Assembly (NCBI GenBank): GCA_040905425.1
Contig: JBBDRO010000014.1
Span: 24,454 to 57,882, forward strand
Length of the DNA: 33,429 nucleotides
Source: Gemmatimonadota bacterium
GTDB taxonomy: Bacteria > Gemmatimonadota > Gemmatimonadetes > Longimicrobiales > RSA9
Direction: 5' to 3'
In this document: piece by piece, positions 8,676-18,146 of the stretch
Numbering within the stretch: position 1 is the stretch's first letter
Layout of the letters: every line of letters begins with the position of its first letter
Made by a program: the position numbers and the translations under genes
The notes under the pieces: generated by a model
What the model was told of the DNA's origin: nothing
The model's input: only the letters and a program-made list of their open reading frames with translations
Database searches by the model: none

Positions 8676-9601
8676 GCGTACTCGTCGTCGGCAGTGTGGC
8701 GCTGGACAGTGTGGAAACCCCCTTTGGCAGCGTCACGGACGCGCTCGGCGGTTCGGCCACGTTCTTTGCCGCCGCCGCCAGCCTGTTCACCCCGGTGCGC
8801 GTGGTGGGTGTGGTGGGCAAGGATTTCCCCCGCGCCCAACTCGACTTGCTCGAGCAGCGGGGCGTGGATCTCACCGGTCTCGAGACCGCCGATGGCGAGA
8901 GCTTTCGCTGGTCCGGCGTGTACAGTTACGACATGAACAGCAGGGAGACCCTCGAAACGCGCCTGGGCGTGTTCGCGGACTTCAGCCCCAAGATCCCCGC
9001 ATCGTTCCGGGATGCGGAATGGGTGTTTCTGGGCAACATTGATCCCGTGTTGCAGCTGGAGGTCCTGGATCAGGTACGCGCCCCGCGGCTGGTGGCCTGC
9101 GACACCATGAATTTCTGGATCGAGGGCCGCCGGGAAGCGCTCGTCCGGCTGCTCGGCCGGGTGGACCTGCTGATGGTCAATGACAGCGAGGCCCGCGAGC
9201 TGTCCGGCGAGTACAACCTGCTCCGGGCGGCGCGCTGGATCCGCGAGCACGGCCCGTCCATGGTGGTGGTCAAGAAGGGGGAGCACGGCGCCATTCTCTT
9301 CGCGGAGGACTTCGTCTTCTTCGCGCCTGGCTATCCCCTGGAGGAGATCTTCGATCCGACCGGTGCGGGTGATGCCTTCGCGGGTGGTTTCATGGGCTAT
9401 CTGGCCAGGACGGGCACCGTGGACGGGGAGCATCTGCGACGGGCCGTGATCTATGGCTCCGTCATGGGCTCCTTTGCCGTGGAGCGATTCGGCATCGAGC
9501 GCTTCCTGGAGCTGCGCACGGAGGAGATCCACGACCGGGTGCAGCAGTTCCGCGACATCACCTCCTTCGAACAGGTGGCCCTGGTGGACGCAGGTGCCTG
9601 A
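8672..9601 (+). CDS. PfkB-family carbohydrate/nucleoside kinase
   Basis: VVGSVALD, LGGSA, VKKGEHG, DPTGAGDAFAGG. Confidence 0.93.
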   Translation: MSVLVVGSVALDSVETPFGSVTDALGGSATFFAAAASLFTPVRVVGVVGKDFPRAQLDLLEQRGVDLTGLETADGESFRWSGVYSYDMNSRETLETRLGVFADFSPKIPASFRDAEWVFLGNIDPVLQLEVLDQVRAPRLVACDTMNFWIEGRREALVRLLGRVDLLMVNDSEARELSGEYNLLRAARWIREHGPSMVVVKKGEHGAILFAEDFVFFAPGYPLEEIFDPTGAGDAFAGGFMGYLARTGTVDGEHLRRAVIYGSVMGSFAVERFGIERFLELRTEEIHDRVQQFRDITSFEQVALVDAGA

Positions 9602-10646
9602 GCGTGGCGCCGATGGCGGCCTGACCTACCGCGACGCCGGCGTGGATCGCGACGAGGCCGCGCGCGCCAAGCGGGGCATCGGCGCGCTCGTGGCCTCGAC
9701 GCGCACGGCCGGTGTCCTGTCGGAGGCGGGCGGTTTCGGCGGGCTGTTCCGGGTGCCGGCGGACATGCGCAGTCCCGTGCTGGTGTCCAGCGCGGATGGC
9801 GTGGGCACGAAGCTCAAGGTGGCCATGCGCGCCGGTATCCACGACACGGTGGGCGCGGACCTGGTCAACCACTGTGTGGATGACATCCTCGTGGAGGGCG
9901 CGCGCCCGCTCTTCTTCCTGGATTACGTGGGCATGGGCGCGCTCGAGGCGGGTACGGTGGAGGCGGTCGTGGCCGGTGTGGCGCGCGGCTGTCGCGAGAA
10001 CGGCTGTGCCCTGCTGGGAGGCGAGACCGCCGAGATGCCGGATTTCTATGCGCCCGGCGAGTACGACCTGGCGGGCTTCATCGTAGGCGTGGTGGAAGAG
10101 GACGGCCGCCCCGGCGCGCATCGCGTCCAGCGCGGGGACGTACTCGTGGGCATCGGCTCAGACGGCTTCCACACCAATGGCTATTCCCTCCTGCGGCGGC
10201 TCTTCTTCGAGCGCATGGGGCTGGACGTGGATGACCCCTATCCCGCCGAGGGCGTGGACGCTTCGGTGGGCCAGGTGCTGCTGCGTCCGCACCGGAGCTA
10301 CGCGGGGGCCGTGCTGCCGCTCCTGGACGAGGGGAAGGTGCACGCGCTGGCCCACATCACCGGGGGCGGCATCCTGGAGAATCTGGACCGCTCCATGCCG
10401 GCGGGTCTCTCGGCCCGGGTGGAGGGCGGCGCCTGGCCCGTGCCGGCCGAGTTCCGCGCCGTGGCCGAACACGGCGGCATCGATGAAGATGAGATGATGC
10501 GCACCTTCAACATGGGGGTGGGCATGATCCTCGTGGTGGAAGGCTCGGCCGGAGACACGCTCGTCGCGCGACTGCGGGAGAGCGGCGAGCGGGCCTGGAC
10601 CATCGGCTCCGTCGACGAGGGAGAAAGCCCCGTCGTCCTCATCTGA
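9594..10646 (+). CDS. purM: Phosphoribosylformylglycinamidine cyclo-ligase (AIR synthetase)
   Basis: TYRDAGVD, GGFGGLF, DGVGTKL, GGETAEMP, HITGGG, TFNMGVGM. Start placed at in-frame GTG 9594. Confidence 0.96.
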   Translation: MPERGADGGLTYRDAGVDRDEAARAKRGIGALVASTRTAGVLSEAGGFGGLFRVPADMRSPVLVSSADGVGTKLKVAMRAGIHDTVGADLVNHCVDDILVEGARPLFFLDYVGMGALEAGTVEAVVAGVARGCRENGCALLGGETAEMPDFYAPGEYDLAGFIVGVVEEDGRPGAHRVQRGDVLVGIGSDGFHTNGYSLLRRLFFERMGLDVDDPYPAEGVDASVGQVLLRPHRSYAGAVLPLLDEGKVHALAHITGGGILENLDRSMPAGLSARVEGGAWPVPAEFRAVAEHGGIDEDEMMRTFNMGVGMILVVEGSAGDTLVARLRESGERAWTIGSVDEGESPVVLI

Positions 10647-10661
10647 AGCTGGAGAGCGGGC

Positions 10662-11642
10662 ATGAAACGAACGTATTCGATCGTCGGTCTGGCGGCCCTG
10701 GCGCTGATCGCGGCCGGCACCGCACCCGTGGCCGCGCAGGAGGGGCACTGGTCGGAAGGGTGCTACGGCGCCCTGACCCCGCGCGACTACTGCATCCGCG
10801 TGGTGGAGGCGGTGGAGATTCTGCAGCCACGCCTGGGCATGGCCATGACGGGCGGCAACCCGGTGCAGGGCACCGCCAGCACCCTGGGACTCCGCCTGGG
10901 CACGCTGCCGCGCATCGGCCTGGGGCTGCGTGCCACGGCCGTGCGCACCGAACTGCCGCCCATCGGGGAGATCGGCGCCAGCCAGGAGTTGAACTTCTTC
11001 CTGCCCGCCATCGCGGCCGACGCCTCGGTCGGTGTCTTTTCGGGATTTTCCCTGGCCCCCACCCTGGGTGGCGTGGGCGCCCTGGATCTGCTCGGCAGCG
11101 TGGCGCTCGTGCCCGTGCCAGAGCGGGAGGGATTCGCCGACACGTCCCCCGCGTCCTGGTCGGTGGGGGCGCGTCTGGGCATCCTGAACGAGTCCTTTAC
11201 CGTGCCCGGCGTCTCGGTGTCGGGCAGCTACCGGCGTATGGGGGACATGGCATACGGTGACGCCACGTTCGAGGACGAGGACGCCTACTTCGCGCTCACG
11301 GACGCCAGCGTACTGAGTCTGCGCGCCGCCGTGGGCAAGCGCCTGCTGATGCTCGGCGCCACCGCCGGCGTGGGCTGGGACCGCTCCAGCGGCAGCGTGG
11401 ACATGCGTGTAAGCAACGGAGGCGCCGGCAGCGTGCTGCCCGCGCAGCGGCTGCAGAACGAGGACCTGCAGACCGACCGCCTCACGTACTTCGGCAACCT
11501 CAGCATGACCTTCGTGATCCTGCACCTGGTGGCGGAGGCCGGCTGGCAGGAGGGCGGGGAGTCCTTCGCCGGCGCGCTGTCACCGGAGCTGCTGGAGCAG
11601 GGGAGCCTCTACGGCGGCCTGTCGATCCGCCTGACGCTGTAG
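10662..11642 (+). CDS. Hypothetical exported protein, probable outer-membrane beta-barrel
   Basis: SD ggagag; signal peptide MKRTYS...VAA|QE; many alternating amphipathic strands; C-terminus YGGLSIRLTL. Confidence 0.6.
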   Translation: MKRTYSIVGLAALALIAAGTAPVAAQEGHWSEGCYGALTPRDYCIRVVEAVEILQPRLGMAMTGGNPVQGTASTLGLRLGTLPRIGLGLRATAVRTELPPIGEIGASQELNFFLPAIAADASVGVFSGFSLAPTLGGVGALDLLGSVALVPVPEREGFADTSPASWSVGARLGILNESFTVPGVSVSGSYRRMGDMAYGDATFEDEDAYFALTDASVLSLRAAVGKRLLMLGATAGVGWDRSSGSVDMRVSNGGAGSVLPAQRLQNEDLQTDRLTYFGNLSMTFVILHLVAEAGWQEGGESFAGALSPELLEQGSLYGGLSIRLTL

Positions 11643-11649
11643 TTCCGGC

Positions 11650-12759
11650 ATGGACGGCCCCGAGCGCGCGGCCATGCGGTGGGCGCTGGAGCTCGCCGAG
11701 CGAGGCTGGGGGCGGGTGGCCCCGAATCCCATGGTGGGCGCCGTGGTGGTGCGTGACGGCCACGTCGTGGGGGAAGGCTGGCACGCCGAGTACGGCGGTC
11801 CGCACGCCGAGGTGGTGGCGCTCAACCGGGCGGGGCCGGCGGCCCGCGGCGCCACGCTCGTGGTCACGCTGGAGCCCTGCGCCCACCACGGCCGCACTCC
11901 ACCGTGCACCGACGCCATCATCGCCGCCGGCATCGCGCGCGTGGTCTTTGCCTGCGCCGACCCGAACCGCGCCGCGGCGGGCGGCGCAGAGCGTCTGCTG
12001 GATGCGGGAATCGCGGTAGCCCGCGACATCGAAGGAGAGGCGGCCCGGGCACTCAACGCGTCGTTCTTCCACGCGCACGAGGCCGCGCGGCCGTTCGTGG
12101 CGTTGAAGCTGGCGCTCTCGCTGGACGCCCGTCTCTCGGACCAGCCGGACGCTCCGGCTGTGGTCACCGGTCCGGCGGCGCGCGCGTACGCGCATCGGCT
12201 GCGGGCCGGCTATGACGCGGTGGTGGTGGGCATCGGCACCGCACTGGCGGACGATCCGCTGCTCACCGTCCGAGATGCGGCCGCACCGCGCGTCCCCCCA
12301 CGGCGGGTGGTGCTGGACTCGCGGGCGCGGCTGCCGGAGAAGGCGCGCCTCGTGCGCACGGCGCACGACAGCCCCGTATGGCACTTTCACACGGCCGCCG
12401 CGCCGGGCCAAGCGGTCGCGGCGCTTGCGGAGCGCGGGGTGCGGACGCGCGCGGTAGCAGGTGGACCGGCCGGCGTCGCCTGGAACGGGGTGCTGGAGGC
12501 GCTCGCGGAGGATGGGGCCGATGCCGTGCTGGTGGAGGGCGGCGGGCGCGTTGCCGCCTCCCTCCTCGCGGAGGACCGCGTGCAGCGCATGCACCTCTTC
12601 TACGCGCCGCATCTCTATGGCCAGCACGGCGCGGCCGGCTTTCCCGGCACGGCGTTTCCGGCCGGTTGGCGGCTGGTGGACGTACGCCGCCTGGAAGGCG
12701 ATGTTCTTCTGACACTGGATCGCGCACCGGATGGCTCCGGCAGGGAGGGGAAGGGGTAG
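11650..12759 (+). CDS. ribD: Riboflavin biosynthesis deaminase/reductase
   Basis: PNPMVGAV, HAE, LEPCAHHGRTPPC, SLDA, DDPLLTVR, VEGGG. Confidence 0.96.
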   Translation: MDGPERAAMRWALELAERGWGRVAPNPMVGAVVVRDGHVVGEGWHAEYGGPHAEVVALNRAGPAARGATLVVTLEPCAHHGRTPPCTDAIIAAGIARVVFACADPNRAAAGGAERLLDAGIAVARDIEGEAARALNASFFHAHEAARPFVALKLALSLDARLSDQPDAPAVVTGPAARAYAHRLRAGYDAVVVGIGTALADDPLLTVRDAAAPRVPPRRVVLDSRARLPEKARLVRTAHDSPVWHFHTAAAPGQAVAALAERGVRTRAVAGGPAGVAWNGVLEALAEDGADAVLVEGGGRVAASLLAEDRVQRMHLFYAPHLYGQHGAAGFPGTAFPAGWRLVDVRRLEGDVLLTLDRAPDGSGREGKG

Positions 12760-12760
12760 C

Positions 12761-13378
12761 ATGTTCACGGGGATCGTGGAGGAGGTGGGCCGCGTTCATT
12801 CGGTAGCGCCCATCGGTCAGGGCGGGTTACGGCTACATGTGGCCGCCACGCACGTGGTCGAGGACGCCGTCATCGGCGCCTCCATTGCCGTGGATGGAGT
12901 ATGCCTCACGGTGGTGGAGTTGCCGGGGGACGGTTTCGCGGTGGACGTCATCGGTACCACGCTGTCGCGCAGCACCCTGGGCGGGCTGGCGGCGGGGGAC
13001 CCGGTCAACCTGGAACGCGCCCTGGCGTTCGGCGAGCGTCTGGGAGGGCACCTGGTGCAGGGCCACGTGGATGGCGTGGGGGAGGTGGAGGCCGTGCGGA
13101 CCGTGGGAGAGCACGTGCTCGTGGACGTACGCATGCCGCCCGAGGTGGCGGAAGTGACGGTGCTGCACGGCTCGGTGGCGGTGGCCGGCGTGAGCCTCAC
13201 CGTGAACGCTCTGCCGGCACCCGACGTGATGCAGGTGGCGCTCATCCCGCATACGCTGGAAGTGACGAATTTCGGTACCCTGGCTGTCGGCGCCCGGGTG
13301 AACCTGGAAGGTGATATGCTCGGACGCTTCGTGGTGGAGTACCTGCGCCGGCGTGAGCCTGCCGCGGGCCCGTCATGA
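12761..13378 (+). CDS. ribE: Riboflavin synthase (alpha chain)
   Basis: MFTGIVEE N-terminus, DGVCLTV, VNLERAL, GGHLVQGHVD. Confidence 0.96.
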   Translation: MFTGIVEEVGRVHSVAPIGQGGLRLHVAATHVVEDAVIGASIAVDGVCLTVVELPGDGFAVDVIGTTLSRSTLGGLAAGDPVNLERALAFGERLGGHLVQGHVDGVGEVEAVRTVGEHVLVDVRMPPEVAEVTVLHGSVAVAGVSLTVNALPAPDVMQVALIPHTLEVTNFGTLAVGARVNLEGDMLGRFVVEYLRRREPAAGPS

Positions 13379-14718
13379 GCGTGCCGGGCGGGGAGGTGGC
13401 CGTGCCGTTCGACAGCGTGGAAGACGCCATTCGCGACATTCGCGAAGGTCGGCTGGTCATCGTGGCGGATGACGAGGACCGGGAGAACGAGGGGGACCTG
13501 GTGGGCGGCGCCGCCCGGGTCACCCCCGAAATGGTCAACGTGATGACCAAGTACGGACGCGGGCTCATCTGCGTGGCGCTGACAGGGGAGCGGGCGGAAC
13601 TGCTGGGTCTGCCCCCCATGACGGAGCAGAACCAGGACTTCATGGGCACGGCGTTCACGGTTTCCGTGGACGCCCACCCACGGTTCGGGGTGAGCACGGG
13701 CATCAGCGCCTTCGATCGCGCCACAACCATCAAGATGCTGGCGGAGGGGGACACGAAGCCGGGGGATCTGCGGCGGCCCGGCCACGTCTTCCCGCTGCGC
13801 GCGGTACCGGGCGGCGTGCTGCGCCGCGTTGGCCAGACGGAGGCCTCGGTGGACCTGGCCCGCCTGGCGGGACTGCCGCCGGCGGGAGTGATCTGCGAGA
13901 TCCTCAACGATGACGGCAGCATGGCGCGCCGACCCGAACTCGAGGTCTTTGCGCGGGAGCACAACCTGCGCTTCATCACCGTGGCCCAGATCGTGGCCTA
14001 CCGCCTGCGCCACGAACGCCTGGTCCGGCGCGTGGCCGAGGCGGTCATCCCCACGCCGCACGGGGACTTCAACGTCATCGTCTTCGAGAACCAGGTGGAT
14101 CATCGCGAGCACGTGGCGCTCGTGAAGGGGGACATAGCCGGCAAGCGCAACGTCCTCGTGCGCATGCACTCGGAGTGCCTCACCGGAGACGTCTTCCACT
14201 CCATGCGCTGCGACTGCGGTGAGCAGCTCCACGCAGCCCTCCGGCGCATCGGACACGAGGGGCTCGGCGCCGTGATCTACCTGCGCCAGGAGGGGCGCGG
14301 CATCGGCCTGGCCAACAAGATCCGCGCCTATGCGCTGCAGGATGGCGGCCAGGACACGGTGGAGGCCAACGAGTCGCTCGGCTTCAAGCCGGACCTGCGC
14401 GATTACGGTGTGGGTGCCCAGATCCTGCTCGACCTGGGCCTCAGTTCGGTGCGCATTCTCACCAACAATCCCCGCAAGATAGTGGGCCTGGAGGGCTACG
14501 GCCTGCGCATCACCGGGCGCGAACCCATCCAGATGAATCCCACGGCGTACAACCGGGGCTACCTGGACACCAAGCGGAGCAAGCTCGGTCACCTTCTCAC
14601 AAGCGACGATGCCCCTTCCAGCTCCGGGGCACCCGTGGATGCCACCGGCACCCCGGGATCCGCGGGCAGCGCCGTCGTGGACGGCGTCGTGGCGGAGGAG
14701 GATGACGCCCGTGCATGA
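13375..14718 (+). CDS. ribBA: Bifunctional DHBP synthase / GTP cyclohydrolase II
   Basis: DDEDRENEGD, RPGHVFPL, VRMHSECLTGD, RCDCGEQL, QEGRGIGL, LTNNPRK. Confidence 0.97.
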   Translation: MSVPGGEVAVPFDSVEDAIRDIREGRLVIVADDEDRENEGDLVGGAARVTPEMVNVMTKYGRGLICVALTGERAELLGLPPMTEQNQDFMGTAFTVSVDAHPRFGVSTGISAFDRATTIKMLAEGDTKPGDLRRPGHVFPLRAVPGGVLRRVGQTEASVDLARLAGLPPAGVICEILNDDGSMARRPELEVFAREHNLRFITVAQIVAYRLRHERLVRRVAEAVIPTPHGDFNVIVFENQVDHREHVALVKGDIAGKRNVLVRMHSECLTGDVFHSMRCDCGEQLHAALRRIGHEGLGAVIYLRQEGRGIGLANKIRAYALQDGGQDTVEANESLGFKPDLRDYGVGAQILLDLGLSSVRILTNNPRKIVGLEGYGLRITGREPIQMNPTAYNRGYLDTKRSKLGHLLTSDDAPSSSGAPVDATGTPGSAGSAVVDGVVAEEDDARA

Positions 14719-15268
14719 GGATCCCGGCGCCGGGCCTCGCGGCCCGGCCGAAGTGCCGCACGGAGTGGATGGGATGCTGCCCGTGCCCCCGCCCATACGC
14801 GGTGAGCTGCGCGGGCGTGGACGCCGCTATGCCATCGTGGTCAGCCGCTTCAACGAGCTGGTCACCGAGCGGCTGCTGGCCGGCGCGCGGGCGTGCTTCG
14901 AGCAGCATGGAGTGGCCGCGGACGCGGTGCTCGTGGTGTCCGTACCGGGTGCCTGGGAGCTGCCGGTGGCGGCGCGCACGCTGGCCCTGCGGAGTGACGT
15001 GGACGCCGTGGTGGCGCTCGGCTGCGTCATCCGGGGAGACACGCCCCATTTCGACTACGTGGCGGGCGGGGCGGCGCAGGGTCTCATGGCGGTGGCCAAC
15101 GAGACCGGCGTGCCGGTGGCGTTCGGCGTGCTCACCACCGAGGACCCGGATCAGGCGCTGGCGCGCGCGGGGGGCAAGCTCGGCAACAAGGGATGGGAGG
15201 CCGCGCAGACCGCCCTGGAGATGACGGACCTGCTGGCCCGGCTCGAGGAGCCCCGTGCTGGAGCGTAG
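14711..15268 (+). CDS. ribH: 6,7-dimethyl-8-ribityllumazine synthase
   Basis: IVVSRFN, VPGAWELP, GCVIRGDTPHFDYV, GNKGWEAA. Start is GTG 14711 (SD ggagg upstream) or ATG 14774. Confidence 0.94.
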   Translation: MHEDPGAGPRGPAEVPHGVDGMLPVPPPIRGELRGRGRRYAIVVSRFNELVTERLLAGARACFEQHGVAADAVLVVSVPGAWELPVAARTLALRSDVDAVVALGCVIRGDTPHFDYVAGGAAQGLMAVANETGVPVAFGVLTTEDPDQALARAGGKLGNKGWEAAQTALEMTDLLARLEEPRAGA

Positions 15269-15686
15269 CCGCGCCCGCAGCTGGGCCCTGCAGGTCCTCT
15301 ACGTCTGGGAATCGCGCGGCATCACCACACCGCTGGATACGCTCGACCAGTTCGAGCGGGAGCGACGCATTCGCCCGACGGTCCGGCCCTATCTGCGCCG
15401 ACTGGTGGAGCTCGTGGAAATCCACCGCGATACGCTCGACGCGGAGATCGCACAGGGGCTTACCAACTGGCGGTTGGAGCGCCTGTCCGCCATCGACCGC
15501 AACATTCTTCGCCTGGCCACCGCGGAGCTCCGTCACGCCCCGGACGTGCCGCCCAAGGTGGCCGTGAAGGAGGCCCTGCGCCTGGCGGATCGATACGGCA
15601 CGGCCGAGAGCCCCCGCTTCGTGAACGGCGTACTGGACGCGCTCATGCGCGCCGGCAACCAGGAGAACGGTGGAGCGGAGTCCTGA
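15255..15686 (+). CDS. nusB: Transcription antitermination factor NusB
   Basis: RSRARSWALQVLY, WRLERLSAIDRNILRLA, FVNGVLD; follows ribH as is typical. Confidence 0.95.
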   Translation: MLERSRARSWALQVLYVWESRGITTPLDTLDQFERERRIRPTVRPYLRRLVELVEIHRDTLDAEIAQGLTNWRLERLSAIDRNILRLATAELRHAPDVPPKVAVKEALRLADRYGTAESPRFVNGVLDALMRAGNQENGGAES

Positions 15687-16810
15687 ACCTCCTCGTGGTG
15701 AACTGGCAGGATCGGGAGAATCCCGCCGCGGGAGGCGCGGAGATCCACCTGCACGAGGTGTTTGGCCGGCTGGCGGCCATGGGGCATCGCGTCACCCTGC
15801 TGGCCTCGGGCTATCCGGGATGCGTGCCCCGCGCCGAGCTGGACGGCATGGAGGTGCGGCGTACCGGGGGACGTCATACATTCTCGGTGGCGGCGCCGGC
15901 CTACTATCGCCGGCACCTGGCCGGGGCGGGGATCGACCTGTTGGTCGAGGATCTGAACAAGGTTCCGCTCTTCGCTCCCCTATGGGCCCGGAAACGCTGC
16001 GTGCTGCTGGTTCACCATCTCTTCGGACGGACGGCCTTCCAGGAAGCCTCCGTGCCGTTCGCCGCGGCCACCTGGTTGCTGGAGCGTCCGCTGGCACGGG
16101 TCTACCGCGGCGTGCCCGTGCAGGCCGTTTCCCGGAGTACCGCCGAGGACCTGGAAGCGCGAGGCTTCTCCGCCGATGCCATCGAGGTGATCCCGAACGG
16201 CGTGGACCTGTCCTTCTATACGCCCGCGCCCGACACGCCACGCTGCGCGGAACCGACGGTGTTGTACCTGGGCCGCCTGAAGCGCTACAAACGCGTGGAT
16301 CTGGTGCTCCGGGCGGTGGCTCACCTGCGCGCGGGCGGTGTACCTGCCCGACTCGTGGTGGCCGGACGTGGCGATGCCGAACGCGCGCTGCGCACGCTGG
16401 CCGACCGGCTCGAGCTCGGCGCGGCGGTGCGCTTCGCCGGGTACGTGAGTGAGGAGGAGAAGCGTACACTCATGCGCCGCGCCTGGGTGCACACGCTGAC
16501 CTCGCCCAAGGAGGGGTGGGGCATCAGCAACATGGAGGCGGCCGCGTGCGGCACCGCCACTGTGGCCAGCAACGCCCCCGGGCTGCGCGACTCGGTGGTG
16601 CACGGGCGTACCGGCTTCCTGGTGCCGCACGGGAACGTGCCGGCGCTGGCCGAGGGGCTCGGCGCCATCCTGGGCGACGCGGCTCTGCGGGATCGGCTCG
16701 GCGCGGAGGCCCGCACGTTCGCGCGCGGCTTCTCGTGGGACCGGGCCGCGCGCAGCACCGCCGCGCACCTGGAGACGGTTTTTCAGGGTCCGCGCGCACC
16801 GGCTGTATGA
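15683..16810 (+). CDS. Glycosyltransferase family 4 (GT-B)
   Basis: NWQDRENPAAGGAE, YLGRLKRYK, KEGWGISNMEAAACG. Probable start is CTG 15683 (alternatives GTG 15695/15698). Confidence 0.9.
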   Translation: MNLLVVNWQDRENPAAGGAEIHLHEVFGRLAAMGHRVTLLASGYPGCVPRAELDGMEVRRTGGRHTFSVAAPAYYRRHLAGAGIDLLVEDLNKVPLFAPLWARKRCVLLVHHLFGRTAFQEASVPFAAATWLLERPLARVYRGVPVQAVSRSTAEDLEARGFSADAIEVIPNGVDLSFYTPAPDTPRCAEPTVLYLGRLKRYKRVDLVLRAVAHLRAGGVPARLVVAGRGDAERALRTLADRLELGAAVRFAGYVSEEEKRTLMRRAWVHTLTSPKEGWGISNMEAAACGTATVASNAPGLRDSVVHGRTGFLVPHGNVPALAEGLGAILGDAALRDRLGAEARTFARGFSWDRAARSTAAHLETVFQGPRAPAV

Positions 16811-16858
16811 GGATGCTCACCCACGGGATCCGGTCCCCCTATCGAGAGGAGATTCGCC

Positions 16859-17170
16859 ATGCAGATCACGTTCAGCGCTCGCCACTGCACGGTTTCGGAG
16901 AGCACCCGTGAGCATGCCGCCCGTCGGGTGGGCAGGCTGCGGCGCATCGAACAGAGACCCGCGGAGGTAGCTCTGAACTTTCAGGAGGATCACGGGCAGA
17001 AGAGCGCCGAGGTCCTGCTGCACATCGCGGGCGGTGGCGCGCACATGGCTAAGGCCAAGGCGCCGACCTTCCGCACGGCCGTGGACCGGGCGGTAGAGCG
17101 GCTGGAGCGCCAGGTCAAGCGGGATCGCGCCCGTGCGCGCGCCCGGCGCGCTGCGGCCTCGCCCGCATGA
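16859..17170 (+). CDS. hpf: Ribosome hibernation promoting factor (short HPF/RaiA)
   Basis: MQITFSARH start, AVDRAVERLERQVKR; SD gaggag; lies upstream of hprK. Confidence 0.85.
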   Translation: MQITFSARHCTVSESTREHAARRVGRLRRIEQRPAEVALNFQEDHGQKSAEVLLHIAGGGAHMAKAKAPTFRTAVDRAVERLERQVKRDRARARARRAAASPA

Positions 17171-17186
17171 GCCGGACTGAAGCAGC

Positions 17187-18146
17187 GTGACGCCGCTGAC
17201 CGTCGAGGAGTTCTTCCGCAGCAAGCGGGAGCCGCTGCAGCTCGAGCTGCTCAATCCGGATTGCGCGCTGGAACGCGTCATCGAGAGCCCCACCATCTCC
17301 AATCCAGGGCTCGTCCTCACGGGTTATCCGCCGCGCTACAGCGGTCGCCGGGTGCAGGTGCTCGGGGAGACGGAGATGGAGTACCTGGCCAGCCTGCCGG
17401 ACGGCGAGATGCGCACGCGCGTCGAAGCGTTCCTCGAACTGGACATGCCGGCGGTGGTGGTCACCAAGGGCCAGGAAGTACCCGCGACCCTGCTCGATGC
17501 GGCCTGCCAGCGGCGGGTACCGCTCTTCCGCTCGCAGCTCAAGACGGGCGACTTCTATCGCCGGCTGCAGCCCTACCTGGAGGAGGCGTTCGCTCCCACC
17601 ACGACCATGCACGGCTCGCTGGCCGACGTGTACGGTGTGGGACTCCTCTACGTGGGCCGCAGCGGTATCGGCAAGAGCGAGTGCGTGCTCGACCTGGTGG
17701 AGCGCGGGCACCGGCTGGTTGCCGACGACGTGGTGCGCATCACCCGTCGCGGCAATGACGTCCTCATCGGCCGCGCGCTGGACCTGCAGGGTCACCACAT
17801 GGAGATCCGGGGTATAGGCATCGTGGACATCCGTGCCCTGTTCGGCATTCGCGCCATCCGCCAGCAGAAGCGCATCGAGGTGGTGGTCCAGCTCGAGGAC
17901 TGGGACACCGAGGCCACCTACAACCGGACGGGACTGGTGGTGGAGAAGGTGGAAGTCCTGGGTGTGGAGATCCCCAAGGTGGTGGTCCCATTGAACCCCG
18001 GCAAGAACATCACGGTGGTCTCCGAGGTGGTGGCCATGGACCACCTCCTCAAGTACGCCGGCACCCATTCCGCGGAACTCTTCGATCGCCGCCTGCAGGA
18101 GGCCATGCAGCCCGTGCGTGACTACCTGGAAGAGGACTATGAGTGA
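17187..18146 (+). CDS. hprK: HPr(Ser) kinase/phosphorylase
   Basis: HGSLADVYGVG, GRSGIGKSE, RGHRLVADD, MEIRGIGI, PGKN. Confidence 0.96.
   Translation: MTPLTVEEFFRSKREPLQLELLNPDCALERVIESPTISNPGLVLTGYPPRYSGRRVQVLGETEMEYLASLPDGEMRTRVEAFLELDMPAVVVTKGQEVPATLLDAACQRRVPLFRSQLKTGDFYRRLQPYLEEAFAPTTTMHGSLADVYGVGLLYVGRSGIGKSECVLDLVERGHRLVADDVVRITRRGNDVLIGRALDLQGHHMEIRGIGIVDIRALFGIRAIRQQKRIEVVVQLEDWDTEATYNRTGLVVEKVEVLGVEIPKVVVPLNPGKNITVVSEVVAMDHLLKYAGTHSAELFDRRLQEAMQPVRDYLEEDYE

Noticed and set aside
11600..11650. FMN riboswitch upstream of ribD
   Set aside because: Only 7 nt separate the upstream gene from ribD, and no RFN motif is present.
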